Shown here piece after piece: positions 12,540 to 26,547 of a stretch of DNA of 64,000 nucleotides. This DNA is from Octopus sinensis (Eukaryota): contig NC_043010.1 in assembly GCF_006345805.1 (NCBI RefSeq), positions 61,504,001-61,568,000 on the forward strand. The letters run 5' to 3'. The position numbers and the translations under genes were made by a program. The number at the start of each line of letters is the position of its first letter. The first letter of the stretch is position 1. The notes below the pieces were generated by a model. It did no database searches and was not told where the DNA came from. It saw nothing but the letters and a program-made list of their open reading frames with translations.

Positions 12540-12960
12540 TTGCTGTATTCGTGGCAGTTCACTTTAAACGCTGACACATTCAAGCAAGCATTTCAACATC
12601 GATAAACAAAGTACAGTAAAGTACTGGATTCATTTTCTCTCTCTCTCTCTCTGGGGGAGGGGGTTGCAGGCGACGTTTTTATGGGGCTGTATTTTGAGGG
12701 CCAGCTGTATAGGCTAGGTGGAAGGGGATGCTGGAGCGAACTCAAGAGCAGCCCCGAGCAACACACATTCCAAGCTACGGCACTGTGTCCGTCTATGAGC
12801 AGAGTGGTGAGGTACCCCACTCGTTTTTTCACCCCCATTTCTCCAGACATCGTGGAAAGGAGTCCAACGTAGGGTTGGCATAGCAACAGCTCCTAGAAAT
12901 TCTTTTTTGTTTGTTAGAATAACGTGCCGCAACATGGAACGGAAATAAGTAATTATGATA
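12540..12960. promoter_or_regulatory. Candidate enhancer with RFX X-box
   Basis: Unique, CpG-containing block; GTTGGCATAGCAAC at 12874-12887 (one mismatch to X-box), ETS-like ACGGAAAT, TEAD-like CACATTCC. Confidence 0.35.
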
Positions 12961-13820
12961 AGGATCTCCATTCATTATTTGCTTATTTAAACAGATCACT
13001 TAACACACACAAACACACATACATACACACAACCCAAATCATACAAGTGCCTACGTATGTGGGTGTAAACTACGCAACGGATATGTGTAAATTACGATGA
13101 TGATGATGCATACATACACACATATACAGAGACAGATATAGACAGGCACATAAATATGTGTATATCTGTCTGTATGAGTGTGTGTATATGTGTATGCATG
13201 TGTGTATTTATATACACACACAGAAAGTACTCTCCAGTGCAAGTTTACTAACTCGTCTGACGCAATAGTTAATATTTACAACTGCATAATCTGAGAGTAT
13301 CATGTTGCAACCCCGTCCCTGGAATTAGCAGTATAACACAAGGTCATACATGTTGCATTTCGAAGAGTGATAGATATTTATCAACCCTTTGAGACAGAAT
13401 TAGGGAGCCGTTACGCATTTTTTACTTGTCAAGATCCCTTACAAGATAATCCAACTTTCGGTGTTGCTTGTTTAGTACCATACAAAGCCGAATGGGACAA
13501 AAATGTATATACTACACGTGTCAAACGTTACCATCTCGAGAGGTTATTTTCCAAGTGTACCTAGGACTACATTATCCAATGTGGTGTAACGATGGAGATT
13601 TGGCTGGTAGTTTTTTCTAGCCGTTCAAACGATCTCTCTACAGTGTCCTATCGTTGGCTCGGATTTGGTTGTTATTTCTAGCGAGTTCAACAACCCTGTA
13701 GAAACTCCCTGTAAATTTCGTATACATCCGTGGATGTGTATATGTGCTTTCGTAAACATATACATATATATATATATATATATATACATGCACGCGCGTC
13801 TGTATAGGTATCTACACAGC

Positions 13821-13862
<42 letters not shown>

Positions 13863-15793
13863 CGCGGATGTACACACACGCACACACACACACATACCCA
13901 CCCCATCTATGTCTATGTACACTGATGCACGTGTTATTGCACCCGACAAAGGTATGAGAATGTTTATTAGCTAAAGGTTATTTGTTGTTTAGACCCAGGT
14001 TCAGACATAATGCAGGAGAGCAACGATCAAAAGCTTGTGGCCACCATACCCTTTATTCATTCAGCAGCCTATAAAGGGCACCATTATCCACGGTACCCTT
14101 CCTTATGAGGTTGTGATCCCTAATCATTTGGGGCGGGGTGGGGGGGTGGCACTTCATATCCAAATTAAAAAATTGCTCGGTGCTTCGTATGGACATTATC
14201 AAATATTTATGAAAAATATGTAGTTTACCTCGTTTAATTAAACATAATTAAAACAACTTAAAAGAAGCTTAAAGTAATTAGTATGGATTTGTTTTTAGGG
14301 ACTAATTAAATTCTGTACTTTTGAACTCCTTGGTGCAGCAGCAGCAGAAAAGTGCGATAGGGTGGGGTCACAGGATGAATGACCGACCGAGCAGAGGCTG
14401 ACCCGACCAACTAGTACATGGAGTGAATGCAGGGCTTCTAGGATTATTAAAGAAATAAAAGATAATGACGAGGCAGTGAGGGGAAACGGCTAATGGGATT
14501 GGTGGGTGAACTGTTAGAAATAAGTCAAATGTCCCTCCTTAATAGTCTGCCGTCTTTATAAGTGAAGGGCACACTGGTTTACGTTTGGACATATGTGTAT
14601 GCATGTATAAAGTGTAATTATATTTGAGGGTGTGTGGGTATAGATACAAAGAGGGGTGTGTAGTATATACATTTGCGGTGTGAGTGTGTGTCCCTGTATA
14701 TATATATACATCGTTGCTTAACAGGCCATGGCAACACTTCATTCGGATTATATTGAACATTAAATACAGTTTCATTAGGAAAATTACTGCACTTTTATGT
14801 GTGTGTGTGTGATGGGGAAGGGACACAGGCACTCCCGCTTTTGTTCAGAATGCAATGATCAGAGAGTCGTTGTTCTGGTCGGAATTTTATGACGAAATCC
14901 ACCGGTGTTTCTATTATACGCATAATATATATATGTATGAGTGTGTGTGGGTGGGTGTTTATACATATGTATGTGTCTATGTATGTCTCTCTCATATATG
15001 TGTATATATACACACACATATACATACATACACACATACATATACACACATATACTCAAACATATATATATACACTCATACATATACATACACATATATA
15101 CACACAAACATATATATACACAATACATGTATACATACATAAATACATATATGTATACATACATAAAAACATGTATACATACATACATATATTTATGTAT
15201 ACATATATGTATTCATACACACACGTACATTGTATATATATATATACAAACACAACACACACACACATGTAAACAGTACAATAAGCGCTTGTTCAGAAGC
15301 AGACATGTAGACATATATAGTAAATGCAACAGACGAACACACATATAGACAGAGACACAAACATGTAAGCCCAGACGCAGTGCGCACCCATAATGTTGGG
15401 GATTATTATGAGCGTCAGTCTGTGTTTATTGCTTCGTGTGGACATTAAACCTTACTTATTTCGCATTTCCACTACTCACCCACCTCGAACATAAATGCAG
15501 ACACACACACGTGTGTGTGTGTGTATATATATATATAGAGAGAGAGACAGATAGGTAGACAGAAAGAAAAGAGAGAAAGAGTAGAGGGGGGGAAGAGTTG
15601 GTGCGAAAAGGGTCACCGTGAAACTTGGAGCAGAAAAGGAGGGAAAAGTGAGTTTCGATAAATGAATGAATACATACATATGTATATATATAAACATGTT
15701 ATTTATAAATTACATCTATATGCATATACATGCTATACGAATGCTACATGTCACTAGGAGAGTGTATCGGGTGTCAAACATAAACGGATTTAC

Positions 15794-15858
15794 CTGGTTT
15801 CTTTTTCGTGGTAGAAATGAAAGAGACGTGTTGACAAGTGGGCTGCAGGACTTCAACT
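15794..15858 (-). other. Putative non-coding first exon (65 nt)
   Basis: Starts at Inr A (15858), contains no ATG, ends at donor CAG|GTAAAT. Confidence 0.6.
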
Positions 15859-15891
15859 AACGCCGATCTACACTTCACTCTTTTATATTGG
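15855..15891 (-). promoter_or_regulatory. Pol II core promoter: TATA box plus initiator
   Basis: CCAATATAAAAG (TATAAAAG at 15887-15880) with TTAGTT initiator whose A is 29 nt downstream. Confidence 0.65.
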
Positions 15892-16217
15892 CTTACACCC
15901 AACCTGTACTCGCTCACTTTCTCATTGATTGTCTCGTTACGTTTTCGCTGCGTACGAACACACACACACACACACTTGCACACATACACATATACATACA
16001 CACACGCTCATGTACGTACACTAACCTACATACACAGAAACAAACATACATACACACACATTCACACATACACACATACACATGTACAGTTTTGTTGTTC
16101 AATCTGAAACAAATGCCGGAGTCACTCGGGTGCCTACAGTTTTGTGTGTAGGATGTATTTGCTAATTATTTCTTGCATATAGCTTGAGTGACACTGTACT
16201 GTGTGTCTGTGTGACAC

Positions 16218-16647
16218 CTACACATACATACATATATACATACATACATACGTACGTACATACATACGTACGTACGTACATACGTACGTACGTACATACA
16301 TACATACACACATACACATACATACATACATACATACTACATACATACATACATACATACATACATACATACATACATACGTACGTACGTACGTACATAC
16401 ATACATGCATACATCTTCATCATCCCCATTTAATGTCCGTTTCCTTTGCAGACATCGTCGGATGGTTTGGTGCCGGCACGGATGCTATTTTACGTGGTGC
16501 CATCATAGGTACATTTTACGTGACGCCAGCACAGGTGCTTTCTATGTGACTTTGGCACAGGTGCTTTTTACATGCCTCCGGTTCTTGCAGATACATACAC
16601 ACACACATACATACATACATACATACATACATACATACATACATACA

Positions 16648-16679
<32 letters not shown>

Positions 16680-16680
16680 C

Positions 16681-16715
<35 letters not shown>

Positions 16716-16765
16716 CTCATACATATATATCGTCAGTAATGCATAAATCCGAAAAAGAAGCACAG

Positions 16766-16843
<78 letters not shown>

Positions 16844-16845
16844 CA
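16218..16845. repeat. (TACA)n/(TACG)n/(TCTA)n microsatellite block with RTE 3' fragment at 16411-16580
   Basis: Seen directly in sequence. Confidence 0.85.
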
Positions 16846-16889
16846 TCTGTGTGTGTGTGTGAATGCGAGTTTGTAATCATGTATTCGTG

Positions 16890-17250
16890 TGTTCGTTTCA
16901 CTCATTTGGCTACGGCCATGAGCATCGCCTTAAAGGGTTTTTTTAGTCGTAGAAATCGACCCCGGGGCTTATTCTTTGTATGCCTAGTACTTATTCCATC
17001 GGTCACTTTTGTTACGGGAATGCAAACATACCAACATCGGTTGTCAAGCGACGGTGGCGGGGCGGACAAACACAGACACAAAGACACGTGCACATAAATA
17101 TATACATATTTATATATACGACGGGCTTCTTTCAGTTTCCGTCTACCAAATCCCTTCACAAGGATTTGGTCGGTCCGAGGCTGTAGTAGAAGATGCAAGC
17201 CCCAGGTGCCACGCAGTGGGACTGAATTCGGAACCATATGGTTACGCGCC
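16890..17250 (-). mobile_element. SINE family A
   Basis: Consensus match. Confidence 0.85.
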
Positions 17251-17387
17251 TGCGCATTTGTGTGTGTGTGTGTGTGTGTGCGTTCGTGTGTGTGTGCGTG
17301 TGCGTGCGTGCGTGTGTGTGTGTGTGTGCGTGCGCTCGTGTGTGTGTGTGTGTGCTTAGCCCCCAAAGGCTCAGAAATGGTGCATCT

Positions 17388-17820
17388 CTTACTCTTTGCT
17401 CACTTGTTTCAGTCATTTGACTGTGGCCATGCTGGAGCACCGCCTTTAGTCGAGCAAATCGACCCTGGGACTTATTCTTTGTAAGCCTAGCGCTTATTCT
17501 ATCAGTCTCTTTTACCGAACCGCTAAGTTACAGGGACGTAAACACACCCGCATCGGTTGTCAAGCGATGTTGGGGGGGGGGGACAAACACAGACACACAA
17601 ACATATACTCACACATATATGCATACATACATACATATATATACACGCATATACATATATACAACGGGCTTCTTTCAGTTTCTGTCTACCAAATCCACTC
17701 ACAAGGCTTTGGTCGGCCCAAGGCAGAAGACACTTGCCCAAGATGCCACGCAGTGGGACTGAACCCGGAACCACGTGGTTCGTAAGCAAGCTACTTACCA
17801 CACAGCCACTCCCTACGCCT
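17388..17820 (-). mobile_element. SINE family A, full length
   Basis: Consensus match. Confidence 0.9.
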
Positions 17821-18566
17821 ATAGAGAAAAACGAATTTGATATTCGTGTCGTCCATAAATAATAATGAAGAAAAATAATTTGCACCGAGAAATAACTTTT
17901 AGATCGACAACTCTCCATCTCTCTCTCTACCACCATCAATCTCGCTCTCTCTCTCTCCCTCTCTAATATTTATCATACGCTTTGACACTCACTCCCTTTG
18001 TATATGTATTAACTCTCACGCATTACTTTCGTTTTGTTTAAAACTTCGTTTCTTGGCCCCTAATGGTCATTTTATCATACACACCTTATCTCGCCCGAAA
18101 TGCTTAGCTTCCAAAACTATTTTTCTGGTAAAAATGATCAAACTTTAAACGTTCGTAACATTTTTCTAAAGGTTTTCTTCAATAAATAAGTCACAAACTC
18201 GGATCCATCGTGAAAAAGTATAGCAATATACCAAATTCGATGATTTTTCACTTAATTTTAAAATTTCAAAATCTGTGACTGCAGCAGAAAAGATCTCTTT
18301 ATTTGTTTATCTCATTATCTCATAGTAAACTTTTTCCTTCTCTATAAAAGTGTATCACTCATACTCTGTGTGTGTGTGTGTGTGTGGTGTGTGTGTGTGT
18401 GGTGTGTGTGTGTGTGTGTTTGTCAGTATGTGTGTATGCATATGTATAACATTTCATTAGTGCAACAGGGTATGTAAATGATAATTTATTTTAATAGCGT
18501 ACTTTTGTTAGTAAATATGTTGGATCTTTTCCTTTTGAATGTTTTTCCTTACACACACACACACAC

Positions 18567-18601
<35 letters not shown>

Positions 18602-18746
18602 GGACTCACTTGATTCGGGGTGGGGATTAAAGATTTAAGTAACAAACTTTTTGGTGTTGTTGCTTACATCCCAGCAATGGAGCACCACATCATCATTCCA
18701 TAAAAAATACTTTTTTGAAGCGAAAAATATTGAAAACCATCAATAA

Positions 18747-18911
18747 GGCGCAGGAGTGGCTGTGTGGTAAGTAGCTTGCTTACCAACCACATGGTTCCGG
18801 GTTCAGTCCCACTGCATGGCACTTTGGGCAAGTGTCTTCTACTATAGCCTCGGGCCGACCAATGCCTTGTGAGTGGATTTGGTAGACGGAAACTGAAAGA
18901 AGCCCGTCGTA

Positions 18912-18999
<88 letters not shown>

Positions 19000-19206
19000 G
19001 TGTTTGTGTGAGTGTGTTTGTCCCCCTAGCATTGCTTGACAACCGATGCTGGTGTGTTTATGTCCCCGTTACTTAGCGGTTCGGCAAAAGAGACCGATAG
19101 AATAAGTACTGGGCTTACAAAAGAATAAGTCCCGGGGTCGATTTGCTCGATTAAAGGCGGTGCTCCAGCATGGCCGCAGTCAAATGACTGAAACAAGTAA
19201 AAGAGT
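18747..19206 (+). mobile_element. SINE family A, full length
   Basis: GGCGCAGGAGTGGCTGTGTGG...GAAACAAGTAAAAGAG. Confidence 0.9.
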
Positions 19207-19597
19207 ATATGTCAGAGTGACAAAGAAATGGGGAAGGTGACAAAGAGATGGGGAAGGTCGTGGGATATATTCTTGAAAAACCAGCTAAATTTCTCTTAAA
19301 TTATAAACGGAAAAACCAGCTAAATTTCTCTTAAATCACCTTTTCATCTAAATATATTTTGAAATTATAAACAGAAACAAATTATAGATTCAGACAGTCT
19401 GTATCTGAAAACTATGATTTAAAAAAATTTGTTTTTTAAAAGCCTGAATTTTCGGATTTATTTGGGATGCACTGGGTTAATGAAAAAGTTTTTTTAAGAT
19501 TTCACTATTGTTTTTAAATTACGTTTTATTTTCTGTTTGAAAATAACGGAAAAGGGTATTTATAATACTTAAAATAAATATTTATAATATTTATAAA

Positions 19598-20045
19598 TAC
19601 ATTATTTACATTTGACAGATATTTGTCCTCATTTTGTTTGTTGTTAACACAACGTTTCGGCTGATATACCCTCTAGCCTTCTTCAGGTGTCTTGGGGGAT
19701 ATTTTGAACTTGGGTTCTCATGCCTAAGGCATTTTTCGATGTTGTTGTTATTATGATTATTATTATTATTATATGGAAAACATCAAAAGTGCAAAAGAGT
19801 TATTGAGGAAAGAAGGAAATAGTGTTTTCCTCAATACTCCACAATCACTAATAAACGAAACCAACAAGAAAGCAATTATTTACAAGATTTTCGAAAGAAA
19901 AAACAAAAAAATTATTATTATTGAGGTCATTGCCTGAAATCGAACTCGGAATCTGGGGTTAGTAGCCCACGCTCTTAACCACTACACCATATGTCCATGT
20001 AAATAACGTACACAATTCCTCATCTCTGAAATATAGAACTGTATT
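19598..20045 (-). mobile_element. tRNA-headed element carrying a Penelope-type hammerhead ribozyme
   Basis: A box (19989-19979), B box (19946-19936), (AAT)n, hammerhead core at 19691-19646, and an inverted copy of the tail at 19998-20045. Confidence 0.65.
19646..19691 (-). ncRNA. Minimal type-I hammerhead ribozyme-like motif
   Basis: GACAC-CUGAAGA-a-GGCU..AGCC-GAAA-CGUU-GUGUU: stem I, stem II and palindromic ACGU stem III. Confidence 0.6.
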
Positions 20046-20277
20046 ATTTATAAATATTTATAATGGTGATCGCTGATTTCCAAAATATTTTTTTTAAACC
20101 TTCAAAGCTTCTCATTTTGAGTGTAAAATGCAAAACAAAATTAGCAAAAGCGCTACTGGGTGTGTGTGGGGGGGGGGGTGAAAAGAATTCATAAATTTTC
20201 AATATTTTCTTTTTAATTGCGTAGTGGTAAAAAAAAATTGGACAAAATTAGTGTAGAAGGAGGTGGGGAGAGGATTC

Positions 20278-20850
20278 CTTTACTTGTTTCTGTCATTTGA
20301 CTGCGGCCATGCTGGAGCACCGCCTTTAATCGAGCAAATCAATCCCAGGACCTATTCTTTGTAAGCCTGGTACTTATTCTATCAGTCTCTTTTTGCCACA
20401 CCAGCATCGGTTGTCAAGCAATGTTGAGGGGACAAACACAGACACACAAACATACATGTATATTAAGGTGGCGAGCTGGCAGAAACGTTAGCACGCTGGG
20501 CGAAATGCTTGGCGGTATTTCGTCTGTCTTTATGTTCTGAGTTCAAATTCCGCTGAGGTCGACTTTGCCTTTCATCCTTTCAGGGTCGATAAATTAAGTA
20601 CCAGTTGCGTACTGGAGTCGATCTAATCGACTACCCCCTCCCCCAAAATTTCAGGTCTTGTGCCTCGTGTAGAAAAACATATATATATATATACGACGAG
20701 CTTCCTTCAGTTTCCGCCTACCAAATCCACTCACAAGGCTTTGGTCAGCCTGAGGCTATAGTAGAAGACACTTGCCCAAGGTGCCACACAGTGGGACCGA
20801 ACCCAGAACCATGAGGTTGGTAAGCAAGCTTCTTACCACACAGCCACTCC
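20278..20850 (-). mobile_element. SINE family A with a family B SINE (20466-20677, +) nested in its microsatellite
   Basis: Tail half 20278-20460, B element, head half 20678-20850. Confidence 0.85.
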
Positions 20851-21912
20851 ATTTTTTTGTTGTTTTTTTCCGTGAAAGGCTTCCCCATGTCATTTGCAGT
20901 GGTACATCGAGAAAAAAAAATTTGAAAAGTCCCCATCAAAACAAAGAAAATCCATATTACATGGATGTGTTATTCTGAAAGTCCAGCAAGGCATTCTATT
21001 TTGAAAATTACTCAGCAACAACAGGATACTCAGCTAGTGTGTGTATGTAAATGTGTGTGTGTGTGTGTTTCATATATCTACATATATATATTATTTGCAT
21101 GTTCTGGAGGAAGACAGTACTTGTAGCCAATACAGGCTCCTTTAGACTGGTGATATTGATGTCATTATTGTTTCTCTTGAACCTTTGTAAATCAAAACCA
21201 GTCATGAAAGATATGTGCAAGGAGGAAATTCCAGTGGGAAGATGTTCCGGGAGGAAAGAAGGATTGGTTGTATTGGTTAGTGTGAGAGTCTGGTAAGTGG
21301 TGGAGGGTGGGAAAACAAGGGTGATAGAAAGAGGAGAGATAAGTGGGTCAGGAATATTTTTTTAATTTCTTTATTGCCCACAGGGGGCTAAACATAGAGG
21401 GGACAAACCAGGACAGACAAAGTGGTTTAGTCGGTTACATCGACTTCAGTGCGTAACTGGTACTTAATTTATCGATCCCGAAAGGATGAAAGGCAAAGTC
21501 GACCTCGCAGAGTGACAGTGACATGAGTCCAGCCAGCCCTGAGGAGCAGAGCAGAGAAGGTAGAGAGAAGGGGACTGAGTGTCTGTGTGTCAGAGGCTGG
21601 AGTATGCTGAATAAGTGTTTTTGCAATAACTAGTCAGTTGCCCTGCCTTTCTCGCATCTAGGATGTCCGTGTGTGTGTGTGTGTGTGTGTGTAACAACAA
21701 CAACAGTACCATCCCAGATGTGAGAGAGAGGACAAAACTCTATTGTAGGTCTCAATGTAAACTTTATAGAGTATCAATAACTGTTAGTAGTTGAAGCACC
21801 TTCTGACTTTGAGCAGGAGGTTTGCTTGTCCTGTTGCCAACCTAACAGCAGCAAGGCTGTTGGTCATATTAGTTATGGGTGTAAATAGTTTGGTTAAAAT
21901 ATCTGTTGATGA

Positions 21913-22732
<820 letters not shown>

Positions 22733-22766
22733 GTTTATATGAAGTTTTTAGTAATACTGCACACCT

Positions 22767-22998
22767 ATTTGTTTACTACCCACAAGGGGCTAAACACAGA
22801 GAGGACAAACAAGGACAGACAAACGGATTAAGTCGATTATATCGACCCCAGTGCGTAACTGGTACTTATTTAATCGACCCCGAAAGGATGAAAGGCAAAG
22901 TCGACCTCGGCGGAATTTGAACTCAGAACGTAACGGCAGACGAAATACCGCTAAGCACTTCACCCGGCGTGTTAACGGTTCTGCCAGCTCGCCGCCTT
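22767..22998 (-). mobile_element. SINE family B, full length with 16-bp TSD; duplicated at about 24212-24442
   Basis: Head GGCGGCGAGCTGGCAGAA, domain GACTTTGCCTTTCATCCTTTCGGGGTCGAT; TSD gtaatactgcacacct at 22751 and 22999. Confidence 0.9.
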
Positions 22999-23614
22999 GT
23001 AATACTGCACACCTGTCTGGGAGAGGTTAAGTGACTGCATGCAACAGGTTTATATATGCATGTGTGTATAGGTGTACGTACGTGTGTGTGTGTGTGGTGT
23101 GTGTGTGTGTGTGTGTAACAACAACAACAGTACCATCCCAGATGTGAGAGAGAGGACAAAACTCTATTGTAGGTCTCAATGTAAACTTTATAGAGTATCA
23201 ATAACTGTTAGTAGTTGAAGCACCTTCTGACTTTGAGCAGGAGGTTTGCTTGTCCTGTTGCCAACCTAACAGCAGCAAGGCTGTTGGTCATATTAGTTAT
23301 GGGTGTAAATAGTTTGGTTAAAATATCTGTTGATGACAGAGGTTCTCAAACTTTTTGGGCCACCACCCACCTCATGGTCACATAATACCCTCAGCACCCC
23401 CCATCCCTATTTTTATGTATAAATAAATATTTTATATTTTACCAATTTATATATAGGCACAGGAGTGGCTGTGTGGTAAGTAGCTTGCATGGTTCCAGGT
23501 TCAGTCCCACTGCGTGGCACCTTAGGCAAGTCTCTTCTACTGTAGCCACGGGTCGATGAAAGCCTTGTGAGTGGATTTGGTAGAGGCAAACTGAAAGAAA
23601 CTCATCATGTATCT

Positions 23615-23669
<55 letters not shown>

Positions 23670-23697
23670 CTATTTATCTCTCTCCTCTCTCTCTCTC

Positions 23698-23746
<49 letters not shown>

Positions 23747-25473
23747 TATATATGTATGTATGTGTGTATATGTGTCTGTGTTTGTACTCCCAGCATCGCT
23801 TGACAACGGATGCTGGCGTGTTTACGTCCCCATAACTTAGCGGTTTGGCAAAAGAGACTTTGAGCAGAATAAGTACTAGGCTTACAAAGAATAAGTCCTG
23901 GGGTCAATTTGCTCAACAAAAGGCGGTGCCCCAGCATGGCCACAGTCAAATGACTGAAACGAATAAAAGAATATACTATGAATCATTTGATATTTAATAT
24001 ATCATATTATTTGTATACAATACTATAATGATATCATAATACTATAATATTATAATAAATTCATAGCGCCTCCTTTTTCCTACCACCACCCCCGTCGCCC
24101 CCTTAGCACCAGTACCCACCTGGACCATTTCAACACCCAACGGGTGGGGGAGGTAGTGCTCACTTTGAGAACCTATGGTTTATATGAAGTTTTTAGTAAT
24201 ACTGCACACCTATTTGTTTACTACCCACAAGGGGCTAAACACAGAGAGGACAAACAAGGACAGACAAACGGATTAAGTCGATTATATCGACCCCAGTGCG
24301 TAACTGGTACTTATTTAATCGACCCCGAAGGATGAAAGGCAAAGTCGACCTCGGCGGAATTTGAACTCAGAACGTAACGGCAGACGAAATACCGCTAAGC
24401 ACTTCACCCGGCGTGTTAACGGTTCTGCCAGCTCGCCGCCTTGTAATACTGCACACCTGTCTGGGAGAGGTTAAGTGACTGCATGCAACAGGTTTATATA
24501 TGCATGTGTGTATAGGTGTACGTACGTGTGTGTGTGTGTGTGTGTGTGTGTGACCTTGTCTTGACATTGTTTGTTGTTAATGAATGTCGTTCATTCCCAA
24601 TTTTCTGTCAAAATATGTCTGTCCATAAGAAAATATTACCTTGCTTAGAAACAGGTAAGGGTTGGTGACAGAAAAGGCATCCAGACATAGGAAACTTATC
24701 TCAATAAACTATATCCAATCCATGAAAGTGTGGAAAAGTGGACGGCAAAACAATTATGATGAGAATGATGATGAATAAAAGTGCAGTAAGTTTTTTTATC
24801 TCTGTTTTTTTTTTTTTGTTTCCATTGACCCACTTATGAATATTATTGTTCACCGCTATTTACTGCTAAATAAATACACTTAAAAATACAGGTTACATGT
24901 AATGTGCCTGTGATATTTGGCCTGGAAACTGAATTATTTTGTTTTTATTTCTAAAAGTCTATACAGCATTGCCCGGAATATAAAGAAGCCGGTTAGTAAC
25001 CAATTTGATGTAAAAGAATCATGGTTATTCTGTATAAATTTATTATTTCAAATGCAATGTTTGTTTGTTCAGATAAACACCTTTCGTTTTTACTTCTTTT
25101 ATTTCTCATTGTAAAAGGAAATAAACTCCATGTCATTGTCCCTTTGATCCTTCTTCTCTCTTATCTCTCTCTCTCTCTTTCTATCTCTGTCTGTCTGTCT
25201 CTCTTGAAGATAGCGGCTTTGGTCAGATCTGGAGAATTGATAGCAGCCTTGGTAGTTAAAGGTTTACGATCATAATTCCTAGGTTCTGAACAGCTTGTTT
25301 TGCTTTTAAACAAAGCACTCCATTTTCAGTCTACTCAGCTGAAAATGAATGCCCGCTGGTACAACTTTATTTCAGTGTTACATCCTGGCTATGATGGTGA
25401 CTGAAAGGGTTAGAATATCTAGGGGATCTCTGTATCTACTCTGTATCTCTGTATCTATCTATATATATATATA

Positions 25474-25601
25474 CCGGAGTAAACACATAAATGTGAAACA
25501 AGGTGGAAAAAAGAGTACTCAAATACCAGTGGTAGAGTAGAACGGCAACGAGAAACTCAGAGTAACAGATTTTGTTGAATTTTCTGCTGCTTAAAATAAA
25601 G
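25474..25601. mobile_element. Short Penelope-like fragment between (TA)n tracts
   Basis: Contains GAAACTCAGAGT, the stem-III motif of the 41.2-kb hammerhead. Confidence 0.35.
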
Positions 25602-25606
25602 TATAT

Positions 25607-25637
<31 letters not shown>

Positions 25638-26547
25638 TAATAAAAGGAATTCCAACCTTGTCTGATTTTCACGTTTTATTTACAATCTTATAATGATATA
25701 ATATAATATAATAAAATAAAATAAAATAATAGAATGTTAAATGTTCATTCTGATTGAACTAGTACTTTCATGCATTAAATTATGCAATCTTCATGTTCAT
25801 GTAGTAGTGGTGACAGTCATGCTTCACAATTTTTGACTGTAGCGAGATGGTTAAACCTGTGCCTTAAATACACCTGTGTAGGCTCCAGATTGCTAGGTTT
25901 TGCAATATATATATATATATATACTCATGTTTTGAGTTCTATTTTCCTGTTTGCTTTACCAAAACTGTATTTATGTGCATGTATGCATGTATCTATGTAT
26001 GTATGAGCACACGTATGTATGTGTGCAGTTATGGATGTCCTTGCATATCAGGCTCCGTGTATTTTCTTTTGTATGTTTACATATCTACAGGTGTGTGTAT
26101 GTATTTATTCCATGCAAAACTTCGTGCAGGTTTTGTATGTTTTTACAATTATAACAGTGTGTCTTGTCTAGCTTTGGGAAGCACAGCTTACCAAGATGAG
26201 CAACGAGGCAGTTACATATTCAAACAACCGAGTAATTACAAGTATAGATCTAACGTTTTAGTCTGGGTCGAGTTTCAGCAGATTTCTAATTAGTTTTATG
26301 TATTCAACACAACCAGGACAAATAAAATGGTATGAAAAAGCCATAATTTTGCGGGGAAATGTCTCCTGTAGCTGTTGTCAATGGTTTTTTTTTTTTGTTC
26401 TGTTATCATTCAATATACTTAATAATTACGCTTTTGTTCACATTGATTAAGATATTTGATTGATCCACCATCACTAATAATCCAGGATGGTTTCATGGTA
26501 TCCAGGCAACACTTTCTGCTCTCCATTATTGTACCTTTGTTCAATAC

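Noticed and set aside
13690-13725. ACCCTGTAGA...AAATTTCGTATA, superficially like miR-10
   Set aside because: Only seed-level similarity, no proper precursor hairpin, and it lies at the end of an interspersed repeat (GATTTGGCTG..TTTCTAGC family, also near 12.2, 53.0 and 53.8 kb).
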